DNA of 64,000 bases from Polyangiales bacterium (GTDB taxonomy: Bacteria > Myxococcota_A > Polyangia > Polyangiales > CBDCBC01). The stretch is taken from contig OZ243942.1 in the NCBI GenBank assembly GCA_965214225.1, positions 712,298-776,297 of the forward strand. The letters are read 5' to 3'. Shown here piece by piece: positions 9,378-17,276 of the stretch. The notes below the pieces were generated by a model. That model was not told the origin of the DNA, did no database searches, and saw only the letters and a program-made list of their open reading frames with translations. The position numbers were made by a program, and so were the translations under genes. How positions within the stretch are numbered: position 1 is the first letter of the stretch; each line of letters starts with the position of its first letter.

Positions 9378-9424
9378 CTAAGACCGTCGATAGCCAAAAC
9401 GACCCACCCGAGATGAAGGGTGGC

Positions 9425-9979
9425 CTATTTCGACAGAGCAGCTTTGATCTTACGTTCCATGTCCTTCTCATCGCCCTTACGGTAGCCCGAGAAGACTTCG
9501 ATCACGGTTCCGTTTTTGTCGATTAGGTACGAACTCGGCATGGTTTCCGGCTGGTACTTATCCGCCACGGCCTTATCGGCGTCTCTGACCATCGGAAAGT
9601 TGATGTCGCCTTTCTGTTTCTCAAGGCGCTTTAGAAACTTCTTCATGTCCTTTGCGTCGCGATCAATGTTGACACCCACGACAACGAGCCCCTTCGCTTT
9701 GTACTTCTGATGAAGTTTCTGAAGAACAGGCAGTTCCTCCTTGCAGGGCTTGCACCAATGGGCCCAGAAGTCGACGAGCACGACCTTGCCCTTCAGCGAC
9801 TTGAGGTCTTTAATACCGTCAGCTTTAACAGCAAAGTTCGGAGCCTTCTCTTTAGTTCCGAGCGCCGCCGCGCGTTCTGTAACGATTGCCTCCACCGAAA
9901 GGGCACAGGCGAAAAGGCCTAGAGGAATTATGATGGACTGTATTTTTTTCATATTTGTGAGACGCGCGCGGTACTGCAT
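9425..9979 (-). CDS. TlpA-family thiol:disulfide oxidoreductase (thioredoxin fold), secreted
   Basis: WAHWCKPC CXXC motif with redoxin-like context (KGKVVLVDFWAHWCKPCKEELP). Signal peptide present. The start may instead be the internal ATG at 9952 (MKKIQSII). Confidence 0.85.
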   Translation of the reverse strand: MQYRARLTNMKKIQSIIIPLGLFACALSVEAIVTERAAALGTKEKAPNFAVKADGIKDLKSLKGKVVLVDFWAHWCKPCKEELPVLQKLHQKYKAKGLVVVGVNIDRDAKDMKKFLKRLEKQKGDINFPMVRDADKAVADKYQPETMPSSYLIDKNGTVIEVFSGYRKGDEKDMERKIKAALSK

Positions 9980-10253
9980 TATTCATCCTCTCAAGTTAAA
10001 AGACATAACTCGAGATTTAGAGTATCAGCTCGCCTGCGTCTGCTGCAAGAGGTGATGACGCGGCAGCAGGCGAACGGGGAAACCAAGCAGGGTCTCACCC
10101 GGAACTCTCCTCCAATGCGCGATGGGAGGCAGGCGTCAACTAGGCGATCAAGACACCCGAGTTGCCTCGTGCGCCCCTGTCCAACTTCAGACTATCTAAC
10201 TTCAGACGCTAGCGCTCAGCTCCAGCAGCAGGCTGTCAGAGCTGCAGCAAGGC

Positions 10254-10508
10254 TTACGACTCGCCGTACGTGACGAGCTGCTCTCGCATCACATCCGGAT
10301 TAATACCGCTTGTCAGGTGGTCTTTCAAGCAGTCAGCCAGGGTGACCAGCAAGTCGTCGATTCCTTTATCTTCAATCAGCTTCGAGAGCAACGCACGCGA
10401 TTCCCGCGTGTCGTCCTCTCGCAAATACTTGCGAACATCTTCCAGAGAAATCGACCCCTCGAAATCTACGTAAAGGTTCTCAAGAAGGTACTTGGTCAGT
10501 TCCCTCAC
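10254..10508 (-). CDS. small acidic hypothetical protein (84 aa)
   Basis: GTG start with GGAGG 6 nt upstream (ggggaggatttaGTG). Balanced, coding-like composition. No family recognised. Confidence 0.55.
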   Translation of the reverse strand: MRELTKYLLENLYVDFEGSISLEDVRKYLREDDTRESRALLSKLIEDKGIDDLLVTLADCLKDHLTSGINPDVMREQLVTYGES

Positions 10509-10672
10509 TAAATCCTCCCCGACCGCCTAACTAAACAGCCATCGCATGAGGAGAACCTACTCGACGAAAGCACGTAGAGCAACTCTTCTGTGTACCGCTC
10601 CATCGCTCAAGCTGACTGCGGAATGTGTTCCATCGGTCCCGTGCAGCATGATGGGAGTCACTGCACGAGATC

Positions 10673-12133
10673 ATGCAGCCGCTTAGGCCTTCGACTGCTG
10701 GAAGATTGCACCATGAAGCCATGACTGATATGGCTAAACGCATGGAGGCTCCGGGAGAGTCGCACGCAGAGCACCGACCGCTCCCTTCGGTCAAAATACC
10801 CTTGCTACAAAATGAGCGGCAGGCGGCACGTACTCGTGTGCTTGTTTGGGGCTCGGCCGGGTGCGGGCTATGCCTCCTGTTACTTCTGATAGGACGCTCG
10901 GGAGGGTCTGCGGCCAAGCCAGCAGCATACACCCGCCGTCCAATGATTGTGGCTGCTTCTGGAGGTCCGGACCCTTCGGGAGGGCCTGCTACAGCCGCCG
11001 GTATAGCCTCGCCGACGAGCGAGGACGCCCCGCATCAGGACGAAGCCTACACCACCGTTCGTGGCACCGTTGGTAAGGTCAAAACCTTCGCCGAATCCCT
11101 GCAGAACATGGGAATGACCACCGAGGAAGTTAATGAGCTAACCACCGCCTTCCTAGAAATTCACCGCTTCCGCACATGTCAACCGGAAGATGAGATCACA
11201 ATCAAGCGCGATATCTCCGGCAAGATTGTCAGTTTCGAGTACAAGCCTTCGGCAATCGTGAGTTATGTAGCGAGGCGTCGGCCTGATGGCAGTCTAGACG
11301 CCTCCAAGGAGAGAGAGCCCGTGCGCGTTGAGCACGTCACGAAGGCGGGCGTTATTCAGACATCTCTTGGAGAAGCGCTCTCTCGCAGTGGACTCAATAA
11401 CTCACTGGTGGGCACGTTCGTTGAAGTGTTTGCCGGCAAGGTCTCATTCACCACCGATGCCCAAAAAGGTGACGGCTTCAGCGTCATCCTCGAGGAGCGT
11501 TACCTCAAGGACAACTTCTTGGGATACGGAGCGATTCACGCTCTGGAGTGGAAGGGAGCGCGCCATGGGCGGCTTCGTGCTTACTGGTTTGACCCTCAAC
11601 ATGAGGAGCCCGGTTACTTCGATGAGTCCGGCCGCAAGCTTCACGGCAGCTGGCTTCGTGCGCCGCTCCACTACGAGCGGTTGTCATCAAGGTACAATCC
11701 CGAGCGCCTCCATCCGACCTTAAAGAAGAAGATGCCACATCTTGGCGTCGATTTCGCGGCAAGTCGGGGGACACCTGTGTGGGCCTCCGCACCTGGCAGA
11801 GTGACGATAGCGGGACGCAAGGGCCCCAACGGCAACCTAGTCGGGATACGGCACAGCAACGGCTACGAGACGCGGTACGCGCATCTACACCGCATTGCAC
11901 GGGGCATACGTTCAGGTGTGACCGTCAAACAAAGGCAGGTGGTCGGCTATGTGGGGTCAACAGGTCGTTCGACCGGCCCCCATCTACATTTCGCTCTGAA
12001 AAGGCACGGACGGTTCATGGACCCGGTCCCCGTCATGTTTGCACCAGGGGCACCGCTTAGAGGGGGTGAACGGCGTAAGTTTCAACGCAAGGTGGGCCGG
12101 CTGTCGCGAAAGCTTGCGCGTTTGCATCGCTAG
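10673..12133 (+). CDS. M23 family metallopeptidase (peptidoglycan DD-endopeptidase-like), membrane-anchored
   Basis: M23 motifs HLGVDFAA, GNLVGIRHSNGYETRYAHL and GSTGRSTGPHLHFAL. N-terminal TM helix (VLVWGSAGCGLCLLLLLIG). The start codon is uncertain. Confidence 0.85.
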   Translation: MQPLRPSTAGRLHHEAMTDMAKRMEAPGESHAEHRPLPSVKIPLLQNERQAARTRVLVWGSAGCGLCLLLLLIGRSGGSAAKPAAYTRRPMIVAASGGPDPSGGPATAAGIASPTSEDAPHQDEAYTTVRGTVGKVKTFAESLQNMGMTTEEVNELTTAFLEIHRFRTCQPEDEITIKRDISGKIVSFEYKPSAIVSYVARRRPDGSLDASKEREPVRVEHVTKAGVIQTSLGEALSRSGLNNSLVGTFVEVFAGKVSFTTDAQKGDGFSVILEERYLKDNFLGYGAIHALEWKGARHGRLRAYWFDPQHEEPGYFDESGRKLHGSWLRAPLHYERLSSRYNPERLHPTLKKKMPHLGVDFAASRGTPVWASAPGRVTIAGRKGPNGNLVGIRHSNGYETRYAHLHRIARGIRSGVTVKQRQVVGYVGSTGRSTGPHLHFALKRHGRFMDPVPVMFAPGAPLRGGERRKFQRKVGRLSRKLARLHR

Positions 12134-12248
12134 AGCAGACCGCGAAAACAAGAGGCCGCTCGAAGCCTGCGACACGTGCGGCCTCTTGACCCCTAAAGAA
12201 GTTTCTGACTTTCCTCTCGCAGCCTGGTATGCAACCTATAGGTGCTTG

Positions 12249-12626
12249 ATGTCAAAGCTGCACATAGAGAATGATGAGCGACGGGAACACGCCCGCTACT
12301 CCGTGTCGCTACAAGTCGATTACAGCGATGGCGAGCACTTCCTCTTTTCGTATATTGAGAATATTAGCCGGATGGGGATATTCCTTCGCTCCGACGATCC
12401 CTTCGAAATAGGTACTGAAATCACACTCCGATTCGCTCCTCCGGGGCAGACCGCATTCGCACTTGAGGGTGAAGTCATGTGGGTTAACCCTGTGGGCGCT
12501 ACAGGCGATGATCTAAATCCGGGGATGGGCGTACGCTTCACTAAGCTGTCGGCGCCTGAGCGTGAGAAGGTCGTCGAGCTCATCCGCACCATCGCTTACC
12601 TTCGGGAGGCAGAGCCATCAGAGTGA
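12249..12626 (+). CDS. PilZ domain protein (TIGR02266-like)
   Basis: Start moved to ATG 12249 (MSKLHIEN) to avoid overlapping the M23 gene. PilZ signatures RREHARY ... ENISRMGIFLRS ... GMGVRFTKL. Confidence 0.8.
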   Translation: MSKLHIENDERREHARYSVSLQVDYSDGEHFLFSYIENISRMGIFLRSDDPFEIGTEITLRFAPPGQTAFALEGEVMWVNPVGATGDDLNPGMGVRFTKLSAPEREKVVELIRTIAYLREAEPSE

Positions 12627-12819
12627 GCAGGGCCGTCAGAGTGAAGGGCGAGCGGCCAATCCCAGCGACGTGAGGCTGCACCGGCAGGTCTAGGTCAAGC
12701 GCTTCTAGATAGGGAGCCGGGTTGAGAGGCTGGCTCGAAAGCTTTCGCGAAAATCAAGAGCTGCTTGAAGAGAGCGCATCGGTACGGCCGCTCACGCTGC
12801 GGAAGGGAAGAGCTGTGAG

Positions 12820-13716
12820 TTAGAAGCGTACCGAGCGTTCCTGCCTAAGCTCAAAGCTGTTTTCACTGACCACGCCGGGCGTCGCGGTAACCTGTTGCGG
12901 CTCCAGCTCAAACATCCAGAATGAACCCTGCCCTCCTTGAGTGGAACTTCCGGCACAGAATGTGCGCAGGCCGTTCTCAGTGCGTGCAGCGTAAAGACGA
13001 TGAATGTGCCCGTGCAACAGCGCCACCCGCTCTGCCCCGCCACACGCCTCTGCCAACTCCTGAGCGTTGTCTAAAGCGTGGCGGGGATGGTCAGCGCTTC
13101 CGTCTTCTCGCACGATGCCGTAGTGCGTAAGCACAAACGTGTGCTCGGCTCTTGCACGGACGGCCTTCAAGAGGGCTGGTAGTGCATCAAGCTGAGCAGG
13201 AGAGATGTAACCGCTCGACTTCCAGGGCTCTGGGTTTGGTCTTGCGCTGTTGATCCCCACTACGGCAAGTGGGCCGAAATATCGTACGAAAGGCCAAAGT
13301 CCATCGCAACAGGAGGAAGCGTGATCCGTGGTTGCCATGTCGCCGAAGTAGCGGTTGAAGCGCTGGGCATGCACCGAATCGCGTAGATAAAGATCATGGT
13401 TTCCAGGCACGGCGACCATAGGCTTTTGGAGTCGGATGAGCGGCATGATCGCGGAACGAGCCACCTTCATCTCCACCTCCGTTCCCATGGTGGTGAAGTC
13501 GCCGCTGCACAGTACGACGTCAACTTGGAGCTCTTGAGCGACCTGTGCCAACTGGGCAACGATTGCTCGAGCGTGCTTGAATCGAGCAAGTCGGCGAAGG
13601 CGGTGGTTTGCCAGCCCCACGAGACGTTTCCCCAACCATTCCGCTAGAGGCACGCCCACCAGCGGTGCAGGAATGTGTAGGTCGCTTATGTGAAGTACAC
13701 GCACCTGATGTCTCAC
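12820..13716 (-). CDS. metallophosphoesterase
   Basis: Calcineurin-like motifs ISDLH, GDFTTMG, GNHD and LLHGHIH. Confidence 0.8.
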   Translation of the reverse strand: MRHQVRVLHISDLHIPAPLVGVPLAEWLGKRLVGLANHRLRRLARFKHARAIVAQLAQVAQELQVDVVLCSGDFTTMGTEVEMKVARSAIMPLIRLQKPMVAVPGNHDLYLRDSVHAQRFNRYFGDMATTDHASSCCDGLWPFVRYFGPLAVVGINSARPNPEPWKSSGYISPAQLDALPALLKAVRARAEHTFVLTHYGIVREDGSADHPRHALDNAQELAEACGGAERVALLHGHIHRLYAARTENGLRTFCAGSSTQGGQGSFWMFELEPQQVTATPGVVSENSFELRQERSVRF

Positions 13717-14766
13717 CTACGGCCACATCGGCCAGGTTGAGAGTCCTGCCGTTTCCTCGAACCCCCACCGGACGTTCATGCATTGAATGGCCTGACCAGC
13801 GGCTCCCTTAATCAAGTTATCAATGGCGCCTTGAGCGATGAGCCTTCCTGTTCGCTCATCGTAGTCGTAACTCAGAATACAGGCGTTGCTCCCTCGGACC
13901 CAGCGCGTGTCCGGACTACGACCACGCAGAACGCGCACAAAGGGAGCGTCTTCATAGAAGGCCTCTGCCTCCGCTCGGATGTCTTCGATTTTCAACGCTT
14001 TCTTATGCGGCCGAGCGTAACAGACGCTGAGGATGCCACGAATAGCTGGCACGAGATGAGGCGTGAAGGTGACCGTCACCGGAGATCCACTCAGGCGCTG
14101 GAGGCTCTGCTCTATCTCCGGTATGTGACGGTGGATACCTCCTACCTTATACGCTCTAATACCCTCGGCCGCCTCGACGAAGTGTGTCGTGAGACTTGTA
14201 GCCCTTCCGGCGCCAGAGACCCCGCTCTTCGCGTCGATGATAATGTCTTCCGTAGATATGACGCCGTTAGCAACAAGAGGAGCAAGAGGAAGGACCGAGG
14301 CGGTGGGATAGCAGCCCGGCACCGAAATGATTTCTGCGTCTGGCAACTGGTCGCCGAAAAGCTCCACCAGGCCGTACACAGCCGCGTCGCTCAAGTGGGA
14401 GTCCGGCGGTTCGGCACCATACCAGTTGCGGTACGCTTGACCGTCGTCGAGTCGGAAGTCGGCGGAAAGATCTATGGGTACGATCTGTCGCTCGTAGAGC
14501 ACTTGAACTGCAGCCGCGCTCTGCCTGTGAGGGAGCGCACAGAAGGCAACATCGAGTCCTTCTCCCGCCGAGGGCGCATTCAGACTCTCGACAGATAGCT
14601 CAAGAAGCCCCTCCGCGTGCGGAAGTACTTCCTTTAAAGGCTGCCCCGCACTGCGCGCGCCAAAGATCGCCCGCAGCTCCGCGTGTGGATGGCGCATCAG
14701 CAGACGCACCAGCTCCGAGCCTACATAGCCTGAAGCCCCTACCACTCCGACACGTAAAGTCATCAA
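13717..14766 (-). CDS. argC: N-acetyl-gamma-glutamyl-phosphate reductase
   Basis: VGVVGASGYVGSELVRLL NAD-binding motif and catalytic PGCYPTA. 349 aa. Abuts the downstream gene with zero gap. Confidence 0.95.
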   Translation of the reverse strand: MMTLRVGVVGASGYVGSELVRLLMRHPHAELRAIFGARSAGQPLKEVLPHAEGLLELSVESLNAPSAGEGLDVAFCALPHRQSAAAVQVLYERQIVPIDLSADFRLDDGQAYRNWYGAEPPDSHLSDAAVYGLVELFGDQLPDAEIISVPGCYPTASVLPLAPLVANGVISTEDIIIDAKSGVSGAGRATSLTTHFVEAAEGIRAYKVGGIHRHIPEIEQSLQRLSGSPVTVTFTPHLVPAIRGILSVCYARPHKKALKIEDIRAEAEAFYEDAPFVRVLRGRSPDTRWVRGSNACILSYDYDERTGRLIAQGAIDNLIKGAAGQAIQCMNVRWGFEETAGLSTWPMWP

Positions 14767-14822
14767 TCAGAGCCTTAACGCAAACCAACGGCTTGTAACC
14801 AGCTATCGAATAATGTCATGAA

Positions 14823-14845
14823 CTTGCATTAATTGATGATGCAAG
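14823..14845. promoter_or_regulatory. AT-rich palindrome CTTGCAT-N9-ATGCAAG upstream of argC (candidate ArgR-type operator)
   Basis: Perfect 7-bp inverted arms with an AT-rich centre, 57-79 nt upstream of the argC start, in an otherwise GC-rich intergenic region. Loosely like an 18-bp ARG box. Not verified. Confidence 0.3.
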
Positions 14846-14872
14846 CATCAGGCACCTATGCAACCCTACCTC

Positions 14873-14974
14873 GTGCAGGGTGAACTCAGGTGCAGGGTGA
14901 ACTCAGGTGTAGGGTAAACTCAGGTGTAGGGTAAACTCAGGTGCAGGGTGAACTCAGGTGCAGGGTGAACTCAG
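14873..14974. repeat. 17-bp tandem repeat x6 (gtgcagggtgaactcag)
   Basis: Six contiguous units read directly; units 3-4 carry the variant gtgtagggtaaactcag. The array is bracketed by a 20-nt direct repeat, gcaacCctacctcgtgcagg (14860) and gcaacGctacctcgtgcaagg (14977). Confidence 0.95.
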
Positions 14975-15037
14975 GTGCAACGCTACCTCGTGCAAGGCCA
15001 ACTTCGGTGCCGGCTGAGCGCCAGAAAGATGGGCGAC

Positions 15038-15460
15038 CTAGCGTTTCGAGTACTGGAACTTCTTTCGCGCACCCGGCTGACCCGGCTTCTTTCGCTCCTT
15101 CTTGCGATCATCACGAGTCAGGAAGCCAGACTTCTTGAGTTGCGCACGCAACTCAGGGTCAACTTTGATGAGTGCTCGCGATATGCCGTGTCGAACGGCT
15201 TCGGCTTGCGCCGATGTCCCACCGCCCGAGGTGGTGCAGCGAACATCGAATTTCTCTGACTGATCGGTTTGGTCAAAAGCCTGTTGGATGATCATGCGCG
15301 ACGTCTCACGAGGGAAGTAGTTTTCAAGCGACCGTCCGTTAACGCTGAACGTGCCCGAACCCGGCATAAGAAACACACGCGCCACTGCAGTCTTACGTCG
15401 CCCTGTCGCGTACGTGACTGGGGGAGCTTTTACACTCGACTTCTGCTCACTCGGACTCAT
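15038..15460 (-). CDS. rpsI: 30S ribosomal protein S9
   Basis: [14 protein letters not shown] and C-terminal [10 protein letters not shown]. 140 aa. Confidence 0.97.
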   Translation of the reverse strand: MSPSEQKSSVKAPPVTYATGRRKTAVARVFLMPGSGTFSVNGRSLENYFPRETSRMIIQQAFDQTDQSEKFDVRCTTSGGGTSAQAEAVRHGISRALIKVDPELRAQLKKSGFLTRDDRKKERKKPGQPGARKKFQYSKR

Positions 15461-15541
15461 CTAGTTTTACCTTCCACTCTTCCCGCAGCCTCGGTTTTGG
15501 AGGCTCATCAGTTTGCCAAGACGGCTATCTCCAATACCAAC

Positions 15542-16036
15542 TTACGACGCCTGCTTTTGCTGCGCCGCCGCCTCCTGTCCAGAACCCTCTTTGCCTTCAC
15601 TGGCACCTTGCCGGATGGGCAAGGCAGTAGGCTGTTGAGCGGCATGTGGATGTGCGCTGCCGGTATACACCCTCAGTCGAGTGCGCAAAAGGCGCCCCAG
15701 CCGGTTCTTGGGAAGCATGCCGTGTATCGCTTTTTCAACCACAAACGTCGGCTTCCTTTGCTGAAGGTGATCGTAGCGCTCCGCTTTGAAGCCGCCTGGG
15801 ATGCCCGAGTGCTTGTAGTAGTACTTCTTCTGCCACTTCTGTCCTGTGAGAACTACCGACTCGGCGTTGATGACGACGACCTCATCACCTGACTCGGCAT
15901 GAGGCGTGAATGTGGTCTTGTGTTTTCCGATAAGAAGCGAGGCCGCACGCGAGGCGAGCCTCCCTAGAGGGACACCTGCTGCGTCTAGAACCACCCAATG
16001 GCGATCTACGCCGCTTTTCTGCATAAAAGTCTTCAC
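15542..16036 (-). CDS. rplM: 50S ribosomal protein L13 (with ~20-aa C-terminal extension)
   Basis: GTG start at 16036 with GGAGGA 4 nt upstream. (V)KTFMQKSGVDRHWVVLDAAGVPLGRLAS matches the L13 N-terminus. The longer ORF to 16129 is unlikely. Confidence 0.95.
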   Translation of the reverse strand: MKTFMQKSGVDRHWVVLDAAGVPLGRLASRAASLLIGKHKTTFTPHAESGDEVVVINAESVVLTGQKWQKKYYYKHSGIPGGFKAERYDHLQQRKPTFVVEKAIHGMLPKNRLGRLLRTRLRVYTGSAHPHAAQQPTALPIRQGASEGKEGSGQEAAAQQKQAS

Positions 16037-16202
16037 GTAATCCTCCGTCGCCGTTATGACCTCTAATGCGAAGCTGTCAAGCGTCCCGATATCGATTCGA
16101 AGCGCAGGTGAAACCCAGCAGCGCAGCAACAGCGATGCCCCGCAACTGAATCGCCGAGACCGAAGGGGGGCTTCCTGAAAACTCCTAAAGGAAGCGAGAC
16201 CC

Positions 16203-16378
16203 GTATCCGGTCAGTCCCTGGCAAGTCGGTTTCCGAGGAGGTTGTGCACTCGAGCGCGCCCGCAGAACCCCACCGGAGCGCACTTAGGTGCGCGAGGATG
16301 GGGTTTGAGAACGTAAGCCGAGTGCGCAACCTCCTCGGGAAGCGTACATTCCTGGTCAGGGAACCACTGACCGGTTAC
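16203..16378 (+). mobile_element. MITE copy B (176 bp)
   Basis: TIRs are gtatccggtcagt and actgaccggttac (12/13 complementary). A perfect 9-bp TSD GCGAGACCC lies at 16194-16202 and 16379-16387. The whole element folds into one long imperfect hairpin. Confidence 0.9.
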
Positions 16379-16488
16379 GCGAGACCCTCTGCAGATGGGC
16401 TCATCCTGCTACTCGGTACAAGTTCTAGATGCGATTGCCCGGAGCGAGCGGCACAGCATCGGGCATGGGCTGTGCTAGAGTCCGTTCG

Positions 16489-17085
16489 ATGGCTTTGGAT
16501 CAACCGATTGAGAGGTGGCTGACGTTGCCTGCTCTTCTCCTGCCCTTCCTCGCCACGGCTCTACCGCCTCTGAAAGTTTCTGCGGCACAGCCCGCAACCC
16601 TTATTTGCCGCGCCTCGCAAAACGGAGAGCCTGCTGCGGCATCAGTGTCTTTCAGTGGATCTGGATCCCATCAAGGTGAGCAGCGCTGCACATCCGCGGT
16701 TCGAGCCAAGGCCGGTACGTACGATGTGACCGTGACGCTGCACGGGACAGTGGATACACCGTCTGTGAAGCGCAAGGTGACATTGCCTGCCGGCCGAAGA
16801 ACCGTCGTCTCTGCCGCTTTCTCCACCGGCGAACTGCAAGTGGGGGTTGAGTCGGACGGGAGAGCAGCCTCCGGGATGGCCGAGGTCTACCGCGGCAAGG
16901 AACGCGTGGCGATCATCGGCGGCAACGTCCGCGTGAGGATCTCGGCCGGCAGGTACGATCTCGTGGTCAAGCATCACCATCGTGCGTGTGCAGCGGTTCC
17001 TGTCGCGGTGCATGAGGGTAAGAGAACCGAGGTCTCGGCCGCTTTTTCCGCTGAGGATTGCCGCACCCGAATGACTTCGCCCTAG
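16489..17085 (+). CDS. hypothetical secreted protein with repeated beta-sandwich-like modules
   Basis: Signal-like N-terminus (LTLPALLLPFLATALPPLKVSAA). Internal repeats AGTYDVTVTLHG and AGRYDLVVKHH. The competing antisense ORF 16642-17415 looks non-coding. Confidence 0.5.
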   Translation: MALDQPIERWLTLPALLLPFLATALPPLKVSAAQPATLICRASQNGEPAAASVSFSGSGSHQGEQRCTSAVRAKAGTYDVTVTLHGTVDTPSVKRKVTLPAGRRTVVSAAFSTGELQVGVESDGRAASGMAEVYRGKERVAIIGGNVRVRISAGRYDLVVKHHHRACAAVPVAVHEGKRTEVSAAFSAEDCRTRMTSP

Positions 17086-17276
17086 AAGTTTGGTGGGCGT
17101 GCTGACGCTGGGGACGCGGTTAGTGCGCCGATGGTTTCTGCCTGCACCGACACGCACTGACCGCAACTCCGGCAGGCCCCCGAATGCCGCTGAGTAGCGG
17201 GAACAGGCCATCGGCGTTAGCCATCCGGCAGGAAGTGCTGTAGTGTTCGCGCAGCAAGGCTGGGTCAGAACAATCC

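Noticed and set aside
9404-9423. Possible bidirectional terminator hairpin (ccaccc-gagatgaa-gggtgg) between the GAF gene and the tlpA-like gene
   Set aside because: It has only a 6-bp stem with an 8-nt loop and a weak T-tract on one side. Not strong enough to report as a feature.
13783-14598. 271-aa plus-strand ORF inside argC
   Set aside because: It lies entirely antisense to a high-confidence argC and has shadow-ORF composition.
16203-16378. Hairpin element as a 6S RNA or other single-copy structured sRNA gene
   Set aside because: It is present in three copies, each with terminal inverted repeats and a perfect 9-bp flanking duplication of otherwise unrelated sequence. This indicates transposition. 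It is fully paired, without the large central bubble expected for 6S RNA.
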